Of a DNA stretch of 64,000 bases, positions 26,801 to 39,739 are shown piece by piece. A program made the translations under genes and the position numbers. This DNA is from Stegostoma tigrinum (lineage: Eukaryota). Numbering within the stretch: the first letter of the stretch is position 1; every line of letters begins with the position of its first letter. The notes under the pieces were generated by a model. The model saw only the letters and a program-made list of their open reading frames with translations, had not been told where the DNA came from and did no database searches. The DNA is taken from positions 64,392,321 to 64,456,320 of the forward strand of contig NC_081354.1 of assembly GCF_030684315.1 (NCBI RefSeq), written 5' to 3'.

Positions 26801-28512
26801 TGAGGTGGTATCAGACACAGAATTTATAAGTAAAAGACCAAATGTTCACACCACTGATGAGCATTAAACAAACCTAAGATGCTGTTAAATCTTTAATTGG
26901 TTAGAAGGTTTTAATTGTAAATCCCTGAATTCCTTCCACATCACTACCCTGAGAGAAATGGAGGTTTTATGTGTATTGCTGTACATTTCTACATCAGGCA
27001 CTGGGCCAGAGCAGGATTGGGTTTGACGAAGGTTCTCATCACAGTGGAAAAGGCCAAGTCTTTTCTTCAGGGCCTGCTGATATTATCAGGAAAGCTATAT
27101 CTTATTTAGGCAATGGCAGAGGTCATTTGGCTGCTCAAAGAAAGGGAAATTCCTCTTCTGTGCCTTGATCTGGGCACAACTGCATGGTTGCAATCATAAC
27201 AATCCCAAACTTATTTGCATTTGGTGACATGGGTAGGAATCGGGCTCCCATTAGGCATTTCAAGAGGCTTTGGCCACTTTATTTCCTGGGTCTTATTAAC
27301 ATGTTCTGAGAGTGAAGAGGTGGCTGCTGGCCAATTGTAACCAGCACAACAAATGGAAAGATTATGCATATGGCTCCCCAGCTGACACTGAATTGCCTTC
27401 AGTGAATGTGTTGAGGCTTACAGAAATGGTCAAAAGCATCTTTTGGTCATACTGGCTCTTGATCAAATGTGTCCTCTTAAGTTATATTGGTGCAGCAAAG
27501 CAGCAATTGGGAATTTGGCCCCTTCAAAACGAACTTGTCAATCTTAAAGGGACTATGCAATGAGATGAACCATGCTCAATAAGGGAATTTTAGGTAGGGT
27601 CTTGCTCTTACCTTTTAAGGACTGAAAGTAGGATATACTGTCTCATAGTAAAAACCTATATTATGATTATTAAATATTAACATAGTTGATCAAATCTGCA
27701 GTTACAGCTTCCTTTATCAGGATGAACCACCCCTGTAGTAATTATCTGCCAATATAAGAAATGGATATTTCTCTCTGCAGGTGTCTTATGGCTCTCATCC
27801 AAAATCTAGAATTGTATTTCAGCATTGCAGTGAGGGAGTATAATATGGTCAAGTGGAATTTGCTACAAAATTTATTGAAGAAGCTTAGGAACGTCTGATG
27901 TGTTCCCGTGAAATGAGGGAAGCAGGAATGGCAACAGAAGATCCATTGAATAGTCTCCCTGTAAAGGATTCAGAACATTGGAATAAATGAGCCACAGGTT
28001 TCAACCCAAATCCTGGTGGATTTCTCCTGCCAATCTGGTTTTGTGCCATCGAAAAAGCCTATGTTAATAAATGGGAAAATACTTGTTCTTGCCGTGGTTG
28101 AACTTCTGAGTGTGCATATAAGACAGAAGTGGGGGTTTTACACCCATGCAAAGTGAGTTGTTAGAAATTGACAAACTTTTGGGACATTTGGAACTTGCTG
28201 AGGATAATTGGGGGAAAAAGAGTGTTAACATGCTTACAGAAAGCTATGCTCACTAACATCAGTTAAAAGATTATACTTTTGATGATTGTAAAGATGTAAT
28301 ACAGCAGTTTGTAACTACAAGATTTAAAATTGGTAGTGGCTGTCATTTTACGTCTTAACCATCATCAAAAAGATAATAGTTAATTGACGGCAGTAATTTG
28401 TAATAGTAACTGTCTGCATGCGCATTAATGCTGTCTTTCCCTGACTAGTGAGGAATGTAGGGCTAGCAGTGTAAATCAGCTTAAATTTGGTACTGATTTT
28501 CTGCAGTATAAT

Positions 28513-28827
28513 AGGAGAGGTGATGGCCAAGTGGTACTATTGTTAATCCAGAGACCGAGATAGCATTCTGGAGACATGGGTTCAAATCCTGCCACGGCAG
28601 ATGGTGGAATTTGAATTCGATAAATATCTGGAATTAAGAGTCTAATGATGACCATTTGTTGATTGTTGGGAAAACCCCATTTGGTTCGCTATTGTCCTTT
28701 AGGGACGGAAACTGTCATCCTTACCTGCTCTGGTCTCCATGTGACTCCAGACCAGCTCCCTGAGCAGTTAGGGATGGGCAATAAATGTTGCCTAGTCAGT
28801 GACACCCTCATCCCATGAATGAATTTA
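28513..28827 (+). mobile_element. SINE family B copy (tRNA-like head)
   Basis: Head gtgatggccaagtggta..gggttcaaatcc, shared core, and tail cccatgaatgaat. Confidence 0.85.
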
Positions 28828-30043
28828 AAAACAACAGTATTATAAAGGATATTATTGTACAGGGCTTCAACTCTCCTGATTAAATAGGATTCTAATGATT
28901 CATAAAGTTAATTCTTCCACAGTTGATTTTGGAGTTGGGCCCTCTGAGTCAACGCATTGTCTGTAGTGATGGTAATCATCACTCTTGAAGCAGTAAGTTT
29001 GACAATTGATATATAAATATAGATGGTATATTTAATGTGTTTAAATATATGCTGCTTTTTTCAAGTAACATGCAATAACATTTTGAGTATCAAAGTTAAT
29101 TCAGCACAGAGGCTCCAGTGAAGAAAACAGTCTTTGAGGCTGCAGTGATCACAGGCTATGGGATGAGTAAAATCAGATTTTACATTGCTGCAGAGTGATC
29201 TACAGTGCTATTAGTCACATGAATACTCCATGCGCAATGCTGCAAAATACAGCATCGTCAGCTCAGCCAGCTTGGTGAAGTACCATGGATGGAAATGTAG
29301 TTAAATTCAATACCTAGGATTAGTTTAAATATGGATTTTTATTTGACTGAACGTGGTTAGACAATATATATAGAAATCCAACAGGAGGAAATTTGTTGAC
29401 GTGCTTGTTTTGAATTTGACCACACCCCTCTCAGTGCAGACTGTTGAGGGTGTCACTGCATTATATGTAATGCTGGAGCTGTGATTGACTAACAGAAGCT
29501 GCAGGGCATCTGGCATTACGTATTAATGCAGATGAACATGTTTCTTGAGGTGGACTGCAGCATTGCCGAACTCACTTTTCCTTTGATGTTCGATTTAAAA
29601 GGAATGGATGGAGACAATAAAGTAGGAGATTGTAGCGCTGGCCCAAGGAAGCATTGTCTATATACATATCTGTTTTAGAATCAATTTAATATATTTTTTG
29701 TAGGAGATATGCTTGAAAACGGGAATAAAACATCTGAAGTGTGTCACTGCAGTGCAGCATTTCTTTGAGCTGTTCTGTTAGTAGACTTTTGACAGGCAGG
29801 ATTTTTGACATTCACTCTTTTAAATATCCTGCAACTTTATTCAAAAATGTAACCTTTTCTCGACAATATTCATGGTGCTAGAATTCAAAACAATTAGTCA
29901 TTTTAAGACAGTGACTGCATTAAATATTGTAATATTTGAATGTTCATACTGCATTTGAGTATGATTAGCTGTTTTCATTTTGTACCAGGATAGAGGTATG
30001 GTCTGAGGGAATGATATGCTCACCCTAATTAATGCCCCATTGA

Positions 30044-30385
30044 CACAGTGGCTCAGTGGTTAGCACTGCTGCCTCACAGTGCCAGGGACCTGGGTTTGAT
30101 TCCACTCTTGCGTGACTGTCTGTGTGGAGTTTGCATGTTCTTTTGGTGTCTGTGTGGGTTTCCTCTGGGTACTCTGATTTCCTCCCACAGTCCAACGATG
30201 TGCAGGTTGGGTGGATTAACTGTGCTAAATTGACTCAGTGTCCACAGAAGTGCAGACAAGGTGGATTAGCCGTGGGAAATGCAGAGCTAGGGGCATAGGG
30301 TAGGAATGGGGAGTGGGTATGGGTGGGATGCTCTTCAGACGCGATTGCTGAATGGCCTGCTTCCACACTGGAGGGATTTTGTGAT
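30044..30385 (+). mobile_element. HE1-like tRNA-derived SINE
   Basis: A box (gtggctcagtggttagc), B box (gggtttgattcc), core ctgtgtggagtttgca..gtgggtttcctc, and CR1-like tail ggcctgcttccacactggaggga. Confidence 0.88.
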
Positions 30386-32236
30386 TGATGAACTGTAGGA
30401 CATGCATCCGGAATATTCTGGAGATTGAGAACTTAATCAATCGTGTTTTATTTCAGTCAGCAAAGGTTCCTTCATGCACCATTACAAATCCTGTTCAATA
30501 AATGGCTGCTGGAGTTTACAAGAAAAATTTTTTTATACTGGCATTGTCTCTCAGGTGTTGATGAGGAGATAGCAAGCAGCAATGGTAATTCCTGCAGTAT
30601 CAAATTAGGCAGCAAACCAACCTGTGCTATTTTTCAACATGCCCCCAATGCTGGCACAAGGGGCTTTCAGGCAGGATAACTATGCTGGAAGATTACACAT
30701 CAATTATTTAGGAGAACTCAGAAATAGCTAGGGCAAAGGAAACTTCAGGGAAGGTACTTGGGAGCAAGTTAAAATTCCAATTAATAAAATTAATCAATCA
30801 AATAATTAGTAGTAAGGAAGTGTAAAGTTTTGGCCCAGATATCTGTAATAATGAGTTACACTGATCTCCCATAATAATTTCAAAGCGACAGTGACAGTAT
30901 TACTTCAGACAAGAAGCCTTGTAGCTGAATGGAATGGCAACAAGTTCCTACTTCTCATTTTTTAGAAATGCCACTGACCAATTTATTTTAATCCATGGAA
31001 TTGTGGGACAAGGAAATATTCACCAAAGTGTGATGGTCATCGTCCAAAGAATTTTAAAAGCAATTTAAAAATTACAATGCATGGATGCATGACAATCTGT
31101 TTCTGAAATTCTGATCCATCACTCTTTTTGGATATTAAAAGTGTCCTTGGAAGTATAAAATGGTATATGTGGCATATAGCGTGAATCACAAAAGGCACAA
31201 TGTTGGCAACGGCGTGAGCTCGTGTCATGGATGCCCACTGTGGAAGTGTGCACACTAGGCAAATAGTGACAACAGTTAGTGTGCAACATTGTTTTGCCAC
31301 CAGTTTTGCCATTTTTGAACTCTGTGCTCCACCTGAGGTGCCATTTGTTAATCAGTTATAGCTGAGCACATGTTCAGTGACAGGAAATAATCTCCCCATC
31401 ATCCCTCCTGAAGGGATCAGCCTTAATAGCTTGAGTTTGCAAGTCACAGATTGCCGGAAAAAAAAAAGCTGGTTGAGAACTTAGTTCATTTTAATGTAGG
31501 TTATTAAGAATCAACATTTTAGATATGATGCATAAACTAAATAAATAGAAAATGCATAAAATCTGTGACAGCTAAGAGTGGTTTTCTGATCCTAAAGGAC
31601 AAACACAGATGGCCCACAGCAAGTGTAGATCTCTGTAGCTTGGAACAGCAGCCTTCTGCTCAGTTGTCAGTGTTAGGAAGCTCTTGTTGCACTTTTCCTC
31701 CATCCCCATCTTCCCTGGTCGTCGTCCATGTGAAGAAGACCGGACTGCACCCTGCTTCTGAGCCCTCATTGCTTTACTTTCTCTACGTGGCCAACTTGTC
31801 TGCCTGATGCCAATTACTTGCTCAGACCTTTCTAACCAATGAATGCAAGCACTTGGGGGGTCACATCTGCCCTTCTCCATCATTTTAACTCAAGCATTTT
31901 ACTTTACTTCATACTGGGATCCATTTGTTAGTTTGTCCTAGACATTTGTGTCGTTAAGTGATTGCTACACGCAACCCCATTGACTTATGGATGTCAACAT
32001 ACCTGAGTCCAGAGACTTTGACATTACTGGGAACTGTTTGCTTTTCCAAAGAGAGAAGAGAAACAGACTTCCACTGAATAGCCTCATACTATGCCTACTA
32101 ATTTTATAAGAATTCTATAATGGTCTGATAATGCCATTTCTTACATTGGTTAGATGTGCTGATTGGAAGTAGAAATCAATGCCTTCTGAATTTTTTTTTA
32201 CTTTCGCTGAAGTCTGTCAGTTGTGAAGTAGGTGCT

Positions 32237-33165
32237 GACGGAGTTGAAGGCACATGGCACACTTGCCTTCATCGTTTGGGGTAGAGAGTATAAAAAATGG
32301 TGAGTCGCATTGCGGTTGTATGAGGCTTTAGTTAGGCCATGTTTGGAATATTGCGTACCGTTCTAGTCATCACACCATCAGAGGATGTGGGGGCTTTGGA
32401 GAAGGTACAGAAAAGATTCACCAGGATATTGCTTGGTTTGGAAAGTGTTAGTTATGAGGAGGGATTGGGACAAACTTGGCTTGTTTTCACTTGAATGTTG
32501 GAGGCTGAAGGGCCAACTGAGAGAAACCCCAGATAGTTGGACTCATTTTTCCCAGGGCCAAAATGTCAATTTTCAGGGGAAATGGGTTAAATGTAAAAGA
32601 GAAATGATTTAAAAGATATGGGAGAGGCAAGTTTTTAGAGGGTAGTAAGTACCTGGAATGCACTGCCAGAGGAGATGGTGGAGGCCGAAACAATAGCATT
32701 GTTAAAGAGACATCTTTACAGGTACAAGAAGAGGTGGTGAATACAGGGATTACAGACCATGTAGAAGCAAAAGGTTTTTAGTTCAGAAAAATTTGGCTCA
32801 GTAGTTAGCACTGCAGCCTCACAGCGCCAGGGACCGGGGTTCGATTCCAGCCTCGGGTAACTGTCTGTGCGGAGTTTGCAAGTTCTCCCTGTGTCTGCGT
32901 GGGTTTCCTCCGGGTCCTCCGGTTTCCTCCCACAGTCCAAAGATGTGCAGGTTAGGTGGACTGGCCATGCCAAATTGCCCGTGGTGTTCAGGGGTGTGTG
33001 GGTTATAGGGGGATGTGTCTGGGTGGGATGTTTCAAGGGGCAGTGTGGACTTGCTGGGCTAAAGGGCCTGTTTCCACACAGTAGGGAATCTAATTGAAAA
33101 ATGTGTGTTGGTGCAGATCCTCGGTGAGCCAAAGGGCCTGTTCCTGGGCTGTTGCTGAAGTGTTG
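32237..33165 (+). mobile_element. CR1 3' fragment with a SINE inserted in its 3' UTR
   Basis: ttagttaggccatgtttggaatattgcgt..ttctag (LVRP.LEYC..FW). The tail resumes after the SINE with gagccaaagggcctgttcct. Confidence 0.8.
32794..33094 (+). mobile_element. HE1-like tRNA-derived SINE (young)
   Basis: tggctcagtagttagc...gggttcgattcc with retained CpGs; tail gggcctgtttccacacagtagggaatctaat. Confidence 0.92.
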
Positions 33166-33750
33166 TGTATAAGTAGGCATTTTTTATTTAGCCACAATGC
33201 GACTTGGAGATTGAGTACAGGACACAGAGCAGGATCCAATACTAGAAGAAGGAAAAGACTGAAAGAGGGGAGAAGGGTATGGAGCAGGAGACCAGGTGCA
33301 AGAACACAGGAGTGCCTCAGCAAGGACTCTGTGAGATGGTAGGACTTCAGTCATTCAGATCTGCCATAGCAGTAGCTGCAATCAAAAAGCAACACAAAGG
33401 CTGCATTTGTGTTTCTGTGAAAGTTAGGTGTGTCAGTGAAATTTGAAGAATCAAGTCTGTTCTAGACTGTATATTTGCCACATTTTGCATCTTTCCACCA
33501 TTGTTTAGGAATGTAACTGAGCTCCTTTTATTCACTGCATATAAAATATATTATTTACATAATTCCATTACCAGGTAGAGGTGGATGACATGAGCAAACT
33601 CATTCTGTAGGTTTGCAGGAATCCCAATTTGTAGAGTGCCATTGACAGCAGAAACATTGCTTTGCATGTGTTACGTGCAAACTCTGCCTTGTATCAAAAC
33701 TGAAATGTCTGCCACTATCTTAGTGTGTACCTGGTATGTGACTGTAGCCA

Positions 33751-34105
33751 AGGTGTACAAGGTAATGAGAGGCATGGATAGAGTCGATAGCCAGAGACTT
33801 TTCCCCAGGGCAGGACTGACTGCCACGAGGGATCATAGTTTTAAGGTGTTAGGAGGAAGGTATAGAGGAGACGTCAGAGGGAGGTTCTTCACCCAGAGAG
33901 TTGTGAGCGCATGGAATAGTTTACCACTGGAAGTCGTGGCAGCAGAGTCATTAGTGACATATAAGCGACTGCTGGACATGCACATAGACAGCAGTGAATT
34001 GAGGGGAATGTAGGTTAGGTTATTTTATTTTTGGATTAGGATTATTCCATGGCACAACATCGTGGGCCGAAGGGCCTGTACTGTGCTGTACTTTTCTGTG
34101 TTCTA
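33751..34105 (+). mobile_element. 5'-truncated CR1 3' end, same young subfamily as 1-813
   Basis: Nearly identical to 460-813. Confidence 0.92.
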
Positions 34106-34534
34106 TATGTAATGACTCAATGGACAAGGTCAGTTTGAGGTCTTACAACACAAAGAGGACATTTGGCCCATCATATCCACACTGGTCATTGAGCATCAAT
34201 CTAATCTAATCCTGTTTTCCAGCACTTGGCATGCACCCTTGCAAGCTATAGCATTTCAAGTGTTTGTCTAAATAGTTCTTAAATATTTTGAGGGTTCCCA
34301 CCCTGACGCCCTTTCATGCAGTGAGTTCCAAATGTTCACGAACCTGGTTGAAAAGACTTTGAGGCAGTAAAGATTTTTTTCCTCCAATTTCCTCTAAACC
34401 TCCTCCTTACCTCTAAACCCATGCCCCTGGATATTGACCCCTGAACTGAAGGGAATATTTCTCCCTATCTACCCTGTCTATACCTCACAGAACTTATTGT
34501 ATATCTCAAATTGTATCCCGCCTTTGCTGCTGTC

Positions 34535-34853
34535 AGATTAGAATAGATTCCCTCCAGTGTGAAAACAGGCCCTTTGGCCCAACAAGCCCACACTGCCCCT
34601 TGAAGAATCCCACCCAGACCTATCCCCCTATAACCCACACACCCCTAAACACTACGGGCAATTTAGCATGGCAGATCCACCTAGCCTGCACATCTTTGGA
34701 CTGTGGGAGGAAACCGGAGCACCGGAAAAAAACCCACGCAGACACGGGGAGATTGTGCAAACTCCACACAGACAGTCGTCCAAGGCTGGAATCGAACCTG
34801 GGTCCCTGGCATTGCAGCCTCACAGTGCTAACCACTGAGCCACCGTGCCACCC
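34535..34853 (-). mobile_element. HE1-like tRNA-derived SINE
   Basis: Reverse complement of the 32794 family, with complete 5' end gggtggcacggtggctcagtggttagc. Confidence 0.92.
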
Positions 34854-36245
34854 CAAGGAAAACATCTATCTACTCTCTTTTCATAGTTGAATTGCTTCAG
34901 CCCAGGCAACATCTTGGGAAATCTCTCTGTACCCTCTCTAATGCAATTGCATCATTCCTATAGCATGACAATCAGAACTGCACACAGTACTGTGGCTGTG
35001 GTCTAAATAATATTATTAAGTACAGCTCTATCAGAGCCTCCTTGCTGTTCTATTTCATGCAACGACTAACAAAGGCCAGCACCCCATATATGGTCTTAAC
35101 CACCATATCTACCTGTCCTGCTGCCGTCAAGGATCTACGGACATGCACACAAACATCTCTGTGATCCTCTATACTTCCTCCGGTCCCAACATTCAACTGT
35201 ACTTCCTTGCCTTGTCGGTCCTCCCAAAATACATTACCTTTTACCTTTGAGGATTAAATTCCATTTGTCACTGTTCAACCCATCTGACCAGCTGGTCTAT
35301 ATTGTCCTGTAGTCTAAGGCTTCCCTATTCACCACTTAATCGAGTTTCATGTTGTCTGTGAATGTACTCAAGATACCGTCTACTTTCTTGCCTAGATCAT
35401 TAATGCAAGCAACAAACAATAAGGGACCCAGCAGTAAACCCTGTGATATGCCAATTGACACATGTTCCTGTCACAAACACACCCTTTCAAACATCGCCAT
35501 CTTGCTTCCGTCTCTGAATTAATTTTGGAACCAATTTGCCACATTGCTTTGGATTTCATGGGCTGTTAGCCTCTTAACTAATCTGCCATGCAAGATCTTG
35601 TCAAAAGCCTGACTGAAATTCATGTAGACTACATTAATTGCATTTATACTCATCCACCCACTCGGTCACTTCCTCGAAAAAATCAATCAAGGTTATTAAG
35701 CATGATCTCCCCCTTACAAAGTGATGTTGACTATTCTGATTAATCCTTGCCTCTCCAAGTGGAAATAATTCTGTCCCTTCGGAATTATTTCAATTGTTTT
35801 CCTGCCACATATGTTAAGTTCAGTGGCCTTTAGTTTCCTTGTTTATTTCTACCATTCTTCTGGAAAACAGAACCTCTAGTCATCTGTGGCCAGAGATGGT
35901 GTGAAACTTAATGTCAGAGCCCCTGTAATCTCCTCCCTACAGTAACTTGGGCTGTATCTCATTTGGGCCTGGGAACTTATCTTTTTTCAAGCTTGTTAAA
36001 ACTCGTTCAAGTACATCGCAATTCCCCTCCCTTGATTACTGTACCCCACATCATCCTTTGCTGCAGCAAATACAGATGTAGAGTCTCTCATTTCAATACC
36101 TCCGCTATGTCTTCCTGCTCCACACATGGATTGACATGTTGGTCCCTAACAAGCTCTATTCTTTCTCTATTCTCTATTCTCCAGCATCTGCAGTTCCCAT
36201 TATCTCTGATACTATTTTAACCTCACTGCGAAGCCTCTTCCAGGG

Positions 36246-39200
36246 ATGCCTAACCTGAAGAAGTTACCCTCCTCCCTCCAGACCAACTTCAGGGAATCTC
36301 TCTCCCATTGCAACTCTCTTGTAATCTCTTCGGCCTTGAAACTGCTCGACCATGTCCTGAAGCAAACCAGGTACCACAGCCACATCACCTTCCTCAGCAC
36401 CTGCCTACGGAACCAGATCATCCCCAAGGGACTACAGTCCACATTTCAGCCTTCCCAATTTTGCCCCAACCGTGACCACCTCTACACCCACAGCATTCAG
36501 ACCCTTCAGAAGCGTTTCTCCCTGCGAGTCCTGAAACAGACACTTGCAGCCATGCGCCGGCACCTCCAGGCACTGCAATCCAGCCTGCCCCAGCTCAGAG
36601 CCTCCCTCTCCCAGACCTGCAAAGGACCTCTGCTGTTTTTTATCCTCCGCAGGATCCACAGACTGAACACCCAGTTTCACTCAGCTTTGCTGGACACCAA
36701 AAATTGTAAGTACAACCAACTCACTGGCCCCTGCCACCCACAAGAGGATTCCTGCGCCTCCCAAATCCTGAGTCTGTCCCTGCCCCTCCCCCACCATGCA
36801 CCCGCCGCCATTGACCATGAGGACATGGCCGGAGACCCCACCGATGACGTCACATCCACCTCCGCTGGCCACAGAACTTCCGGAACCGCTGCTGCAGTCA
36901 CCACCTCCACTTCCAGGTACAACACCCCACACACCACCCTCACCGCAGCTGCTGCCGCCCACCCCGATCCTCCAACCGCCGACGGAATCCCGCCCATGGC
37001 CGACGGAATCCCGCCCATGGCCGACGGAATCCCGCCCACGGCCGACGGAATCCCGCCCACGGCCGACGGAATCCCGCCCACGGCCGACGACCTCATCGCC
37101 CCGCCCACAACCTCCGCAGCCAGCAACCCCAGAGAAGACAGCCACACTGAGCCCTGCCGCATCTTCACCGTCCCCCCAGACCTCCCACTGACTGAGGAAG
37201 AACGGTCAGTCCTTAGTAAGGGGCTCACCTTTTGTCCCCCTACAACCACACATCAACGAATACCAGTCACGGTTGGACATAGAGCAGTTTTTCCGCCGTC
37301 TTCGCCTCCATGCCTACTTCTTCAACCGGGAACCTAACCCTCCTTCCACTGACCCCTTCACCCGCTTCCAACACAAGTCCTCCTCCTGGACACCACCCCC
37401 AGGCCTCCTACCCTCCCTCGACCTCTTCATCTCCAACTGCCGTCAAGACATTAACCGCCTCAACCTCTCCACCCCTCTCACCCACTCCAACCTCTCCCCC
37501 GCAGAATGGGCAGCCCTCCGCTCCCTCCGCTCCAACCCCAACCTCACCATCAAACCCGCAGACAAGGGTGGCGCAGTGGTAGTATGGCGCACTGACCTCT
37601 ACATCGCCGAGGCCAGACGCCAACTCTCTGACACCACCTCCTACCGCCCCCTCGATCGTGACCCCACACCCGAGCACCAAACCATCATCTCCAACACCAT
37701 TCACAACCTCATCACCTCAGGGGACCTCCCACCCACAGCCTCCAACCTCATTGTTCCCCAACCCCGCATGGCCCGTTTCTATCTCCTTCCCAAAATCCAC
37801 AAACCTGCCTGCCCTGGTCGACCCATCGTCTCAGCCTGCTCCTGCCCCACCGAACTCATCTCCACCTATCTGGACTCCATTTTCTCCCCTTTGGTCCAGG
37901 AACTCCCCACCTACGTCCGTGACACCACCCACGCCCTCCACCTCCTCCAGGACTTCCAATTCCCTGGCCCCCAACACCTCATATTCACCATGGACGTCCA
38001 GTCCCTATACACCTGCATTCCGCATGCAGATGGCCTCAAGGCCCTCCGCTTCTTCCTGTCCCGCAGGCCCGACCAGTCCCCCTCCACCGACACTCTCATC
38101 CGCCTAGCTGAACTCGTCCTCACACTCAACAACTTCTCTTTTGACTCCTCCCACTTCCTACAGACTAAGGGGGTGGCCATGGGCACCCGCATGGGCCCCA
38201 GCTATGCCTGCCTCTTTGTAGGTTACGTGGAACAGTCCCCTCTTCCGCACCTACACAGGCCCCAAACCCCACCTCTTCCTCCGGTACATTGATGACTGTA
38301 TCAGCGCCGCGTCTTGCTCCCCAGAGGAGCTTGAACAGTTCATCCACTTCACCAACACCTTCCACCCCAACCTTCAGTTCACCTGGGCCATCTCCAGCAC
38401 ATCCCTCACCTTCCTGGACCTCTCAGTCTCCATCTCAGGCAACCAGCTTGTAACTGATGTCCATTTCAAGCCCACTGACTCCCACAGCTACCTACAATAC
38501 ACATCCTCCCACCCACCCAGCTGCAAAAATTCCATCCCCTATTCCCAATTCCTCCGCCTCCGCCGCATCTGCTCCCACGATAAGACATTCCACTCCCGCA
38601 CATCCCAGATGTCCAAGTTCTTTAAGGACCGCAACTTTCCCCCCACAGTGATCGAGAACGCCCTTGACCGCGTCTCCCGTATTTCCCGCAACACCCCCCC
38701 CCCCCCCCCCCCCCCCCACAACCGCCCTAAGAGGATCCCCCTCGTTCTCACACACCACCCTACCAACCTCCGGATACAACGCATCATCCTTTGACACTTT
38801 CGCCATTTACAATCCGACCCCACCACCCAAGACATTTTTCCATCCCCACCCCTGTCTGCTTTCCGGAGAGACCACTCTCTCCGTGACTCCCTTGTTCGCT
38901 CCACACTGCCCTCCAACCCCACCACACCCGGCACCTTCCCCTGCAACCGCAGGAAATGCTACACTTGTCCCCACACCTCCTCCCTCACCCCTATCCCAGG
39001 CCCCAAGATGACATTCCACATTAAGCAGAGGTTCACCTGCACATCTGCCAATGTGGTATACTGCATCCACTGTACCCGGTGCGGCTTCCTCTACATTGGG
39101 GAAAACCAAGCGGAGGCTTGGAGACCGCTTTGCAGAACACCTCCGCTCAGTTCGCAACAAACAACTGCACCTCCCAGTCGCAAACCATTTTCCACTCCCC

Positions 39201-39597
39201 CTCCCATTCTCTAGATGACGTGTCCATCATGGGCCTCCTGCACTGCCACAATGATGCCACCCGAAGGTTGCAGGAACAGCAACTCATATTCCGCCTGGGA
39301 ACCCTGCAGCCTAATGGTATCAATGTGGACTTCACCAGTTTCAAAATCTCCCCTTCCGCCACCGGATCCCAAAGCCAGCCCAGTTCGTCCCCTCCCCCCA
39401 CTGCACCACACAACCAGCCCAGCTCTCTTCCCCAATTCCCCCCCCACCCCCACCCCACCCACCCACCCACTGCACTGCATCCCAAAACCAGTCCAACCTG
39501 TCTCTGCCTCCCTAACCGGTTCTTCCTCTCACCCATCCCTTCCTCCCACCCCAAGCCGCACCCCCATCTACCTACTAACCTCATCCCACCTCCTTGA
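36246..39597 (+). pseudogene. Disrupted single ORF of the Penelope-like element (about 1100 codons when repaired)
   Basis: ORF-track pieces 36246-37337, 37273-38292, 38609-38794, 39008-39214 and 39079-39597 join after removing single extra bases in homopolymers (~37230, ~38237, ~39102, ~39188). One in-frame TGA at 38792-38794. Confidence 0.88.
36978..37089 (+). repeat. 21-bp coding minisatellite (gccgacggaatcccgccca[c/t]g, 5.3 copies) encoding ADGIPP(T/M)
   Basis: Directly visible tandem units; frame-preserving. Confidence 0.95.
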
Positions 39598-39739
39598 CCT
39601 GTCCGTCTTCCCTGGACTGACCTATCCCCTCCCTACCTCCCCACCTATACTCTCTCCACCTATCTTCTTTACTCTCCATCTTCGGTCTGCCTCCCCCTCT
39701 CTCCCTATTTATTCCAGTTCCCTCTCCCCATCCCCCTCT

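Larger units (their letters stand above)
25426..27054. repeat. Pair of 81-bp inverted repeats (25426-25506 and 26974-27054)
   Basis: gccttttcca..gtcaaacccaatcctgctctggcccagt..tgtagaaatgtacag.aata and its reverse complement, about 90% identical by eye. Confidence 0.85.

Noticed and set aside
27765-27900. Acceptor-like tttctctctgcag at 27780
   Set aside because: No ankyrin-like reading frame or convincing donor follows.
32794-32855. tRNA gene
   Set aside because: The A and B boxes belong to a SINE head followed by SINE core and tail; there is no full cloverleaf.
33094-33342. ORF containing GSNTRRRKRLKE, resembling the ANK2 first-exon end GSSQRRKRPKK
   Set aside because: No donor follows the basic motif, there is no matching upstream Met or peptide, and the ORF starts within repeat sequence. 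Probably chance.
36978-37089. Regular 21-bp repeats as a CRISPR-like array
   Set aside because: There are no spacers, the context is eukaryotic, and the repeat is a coding minisatellite.
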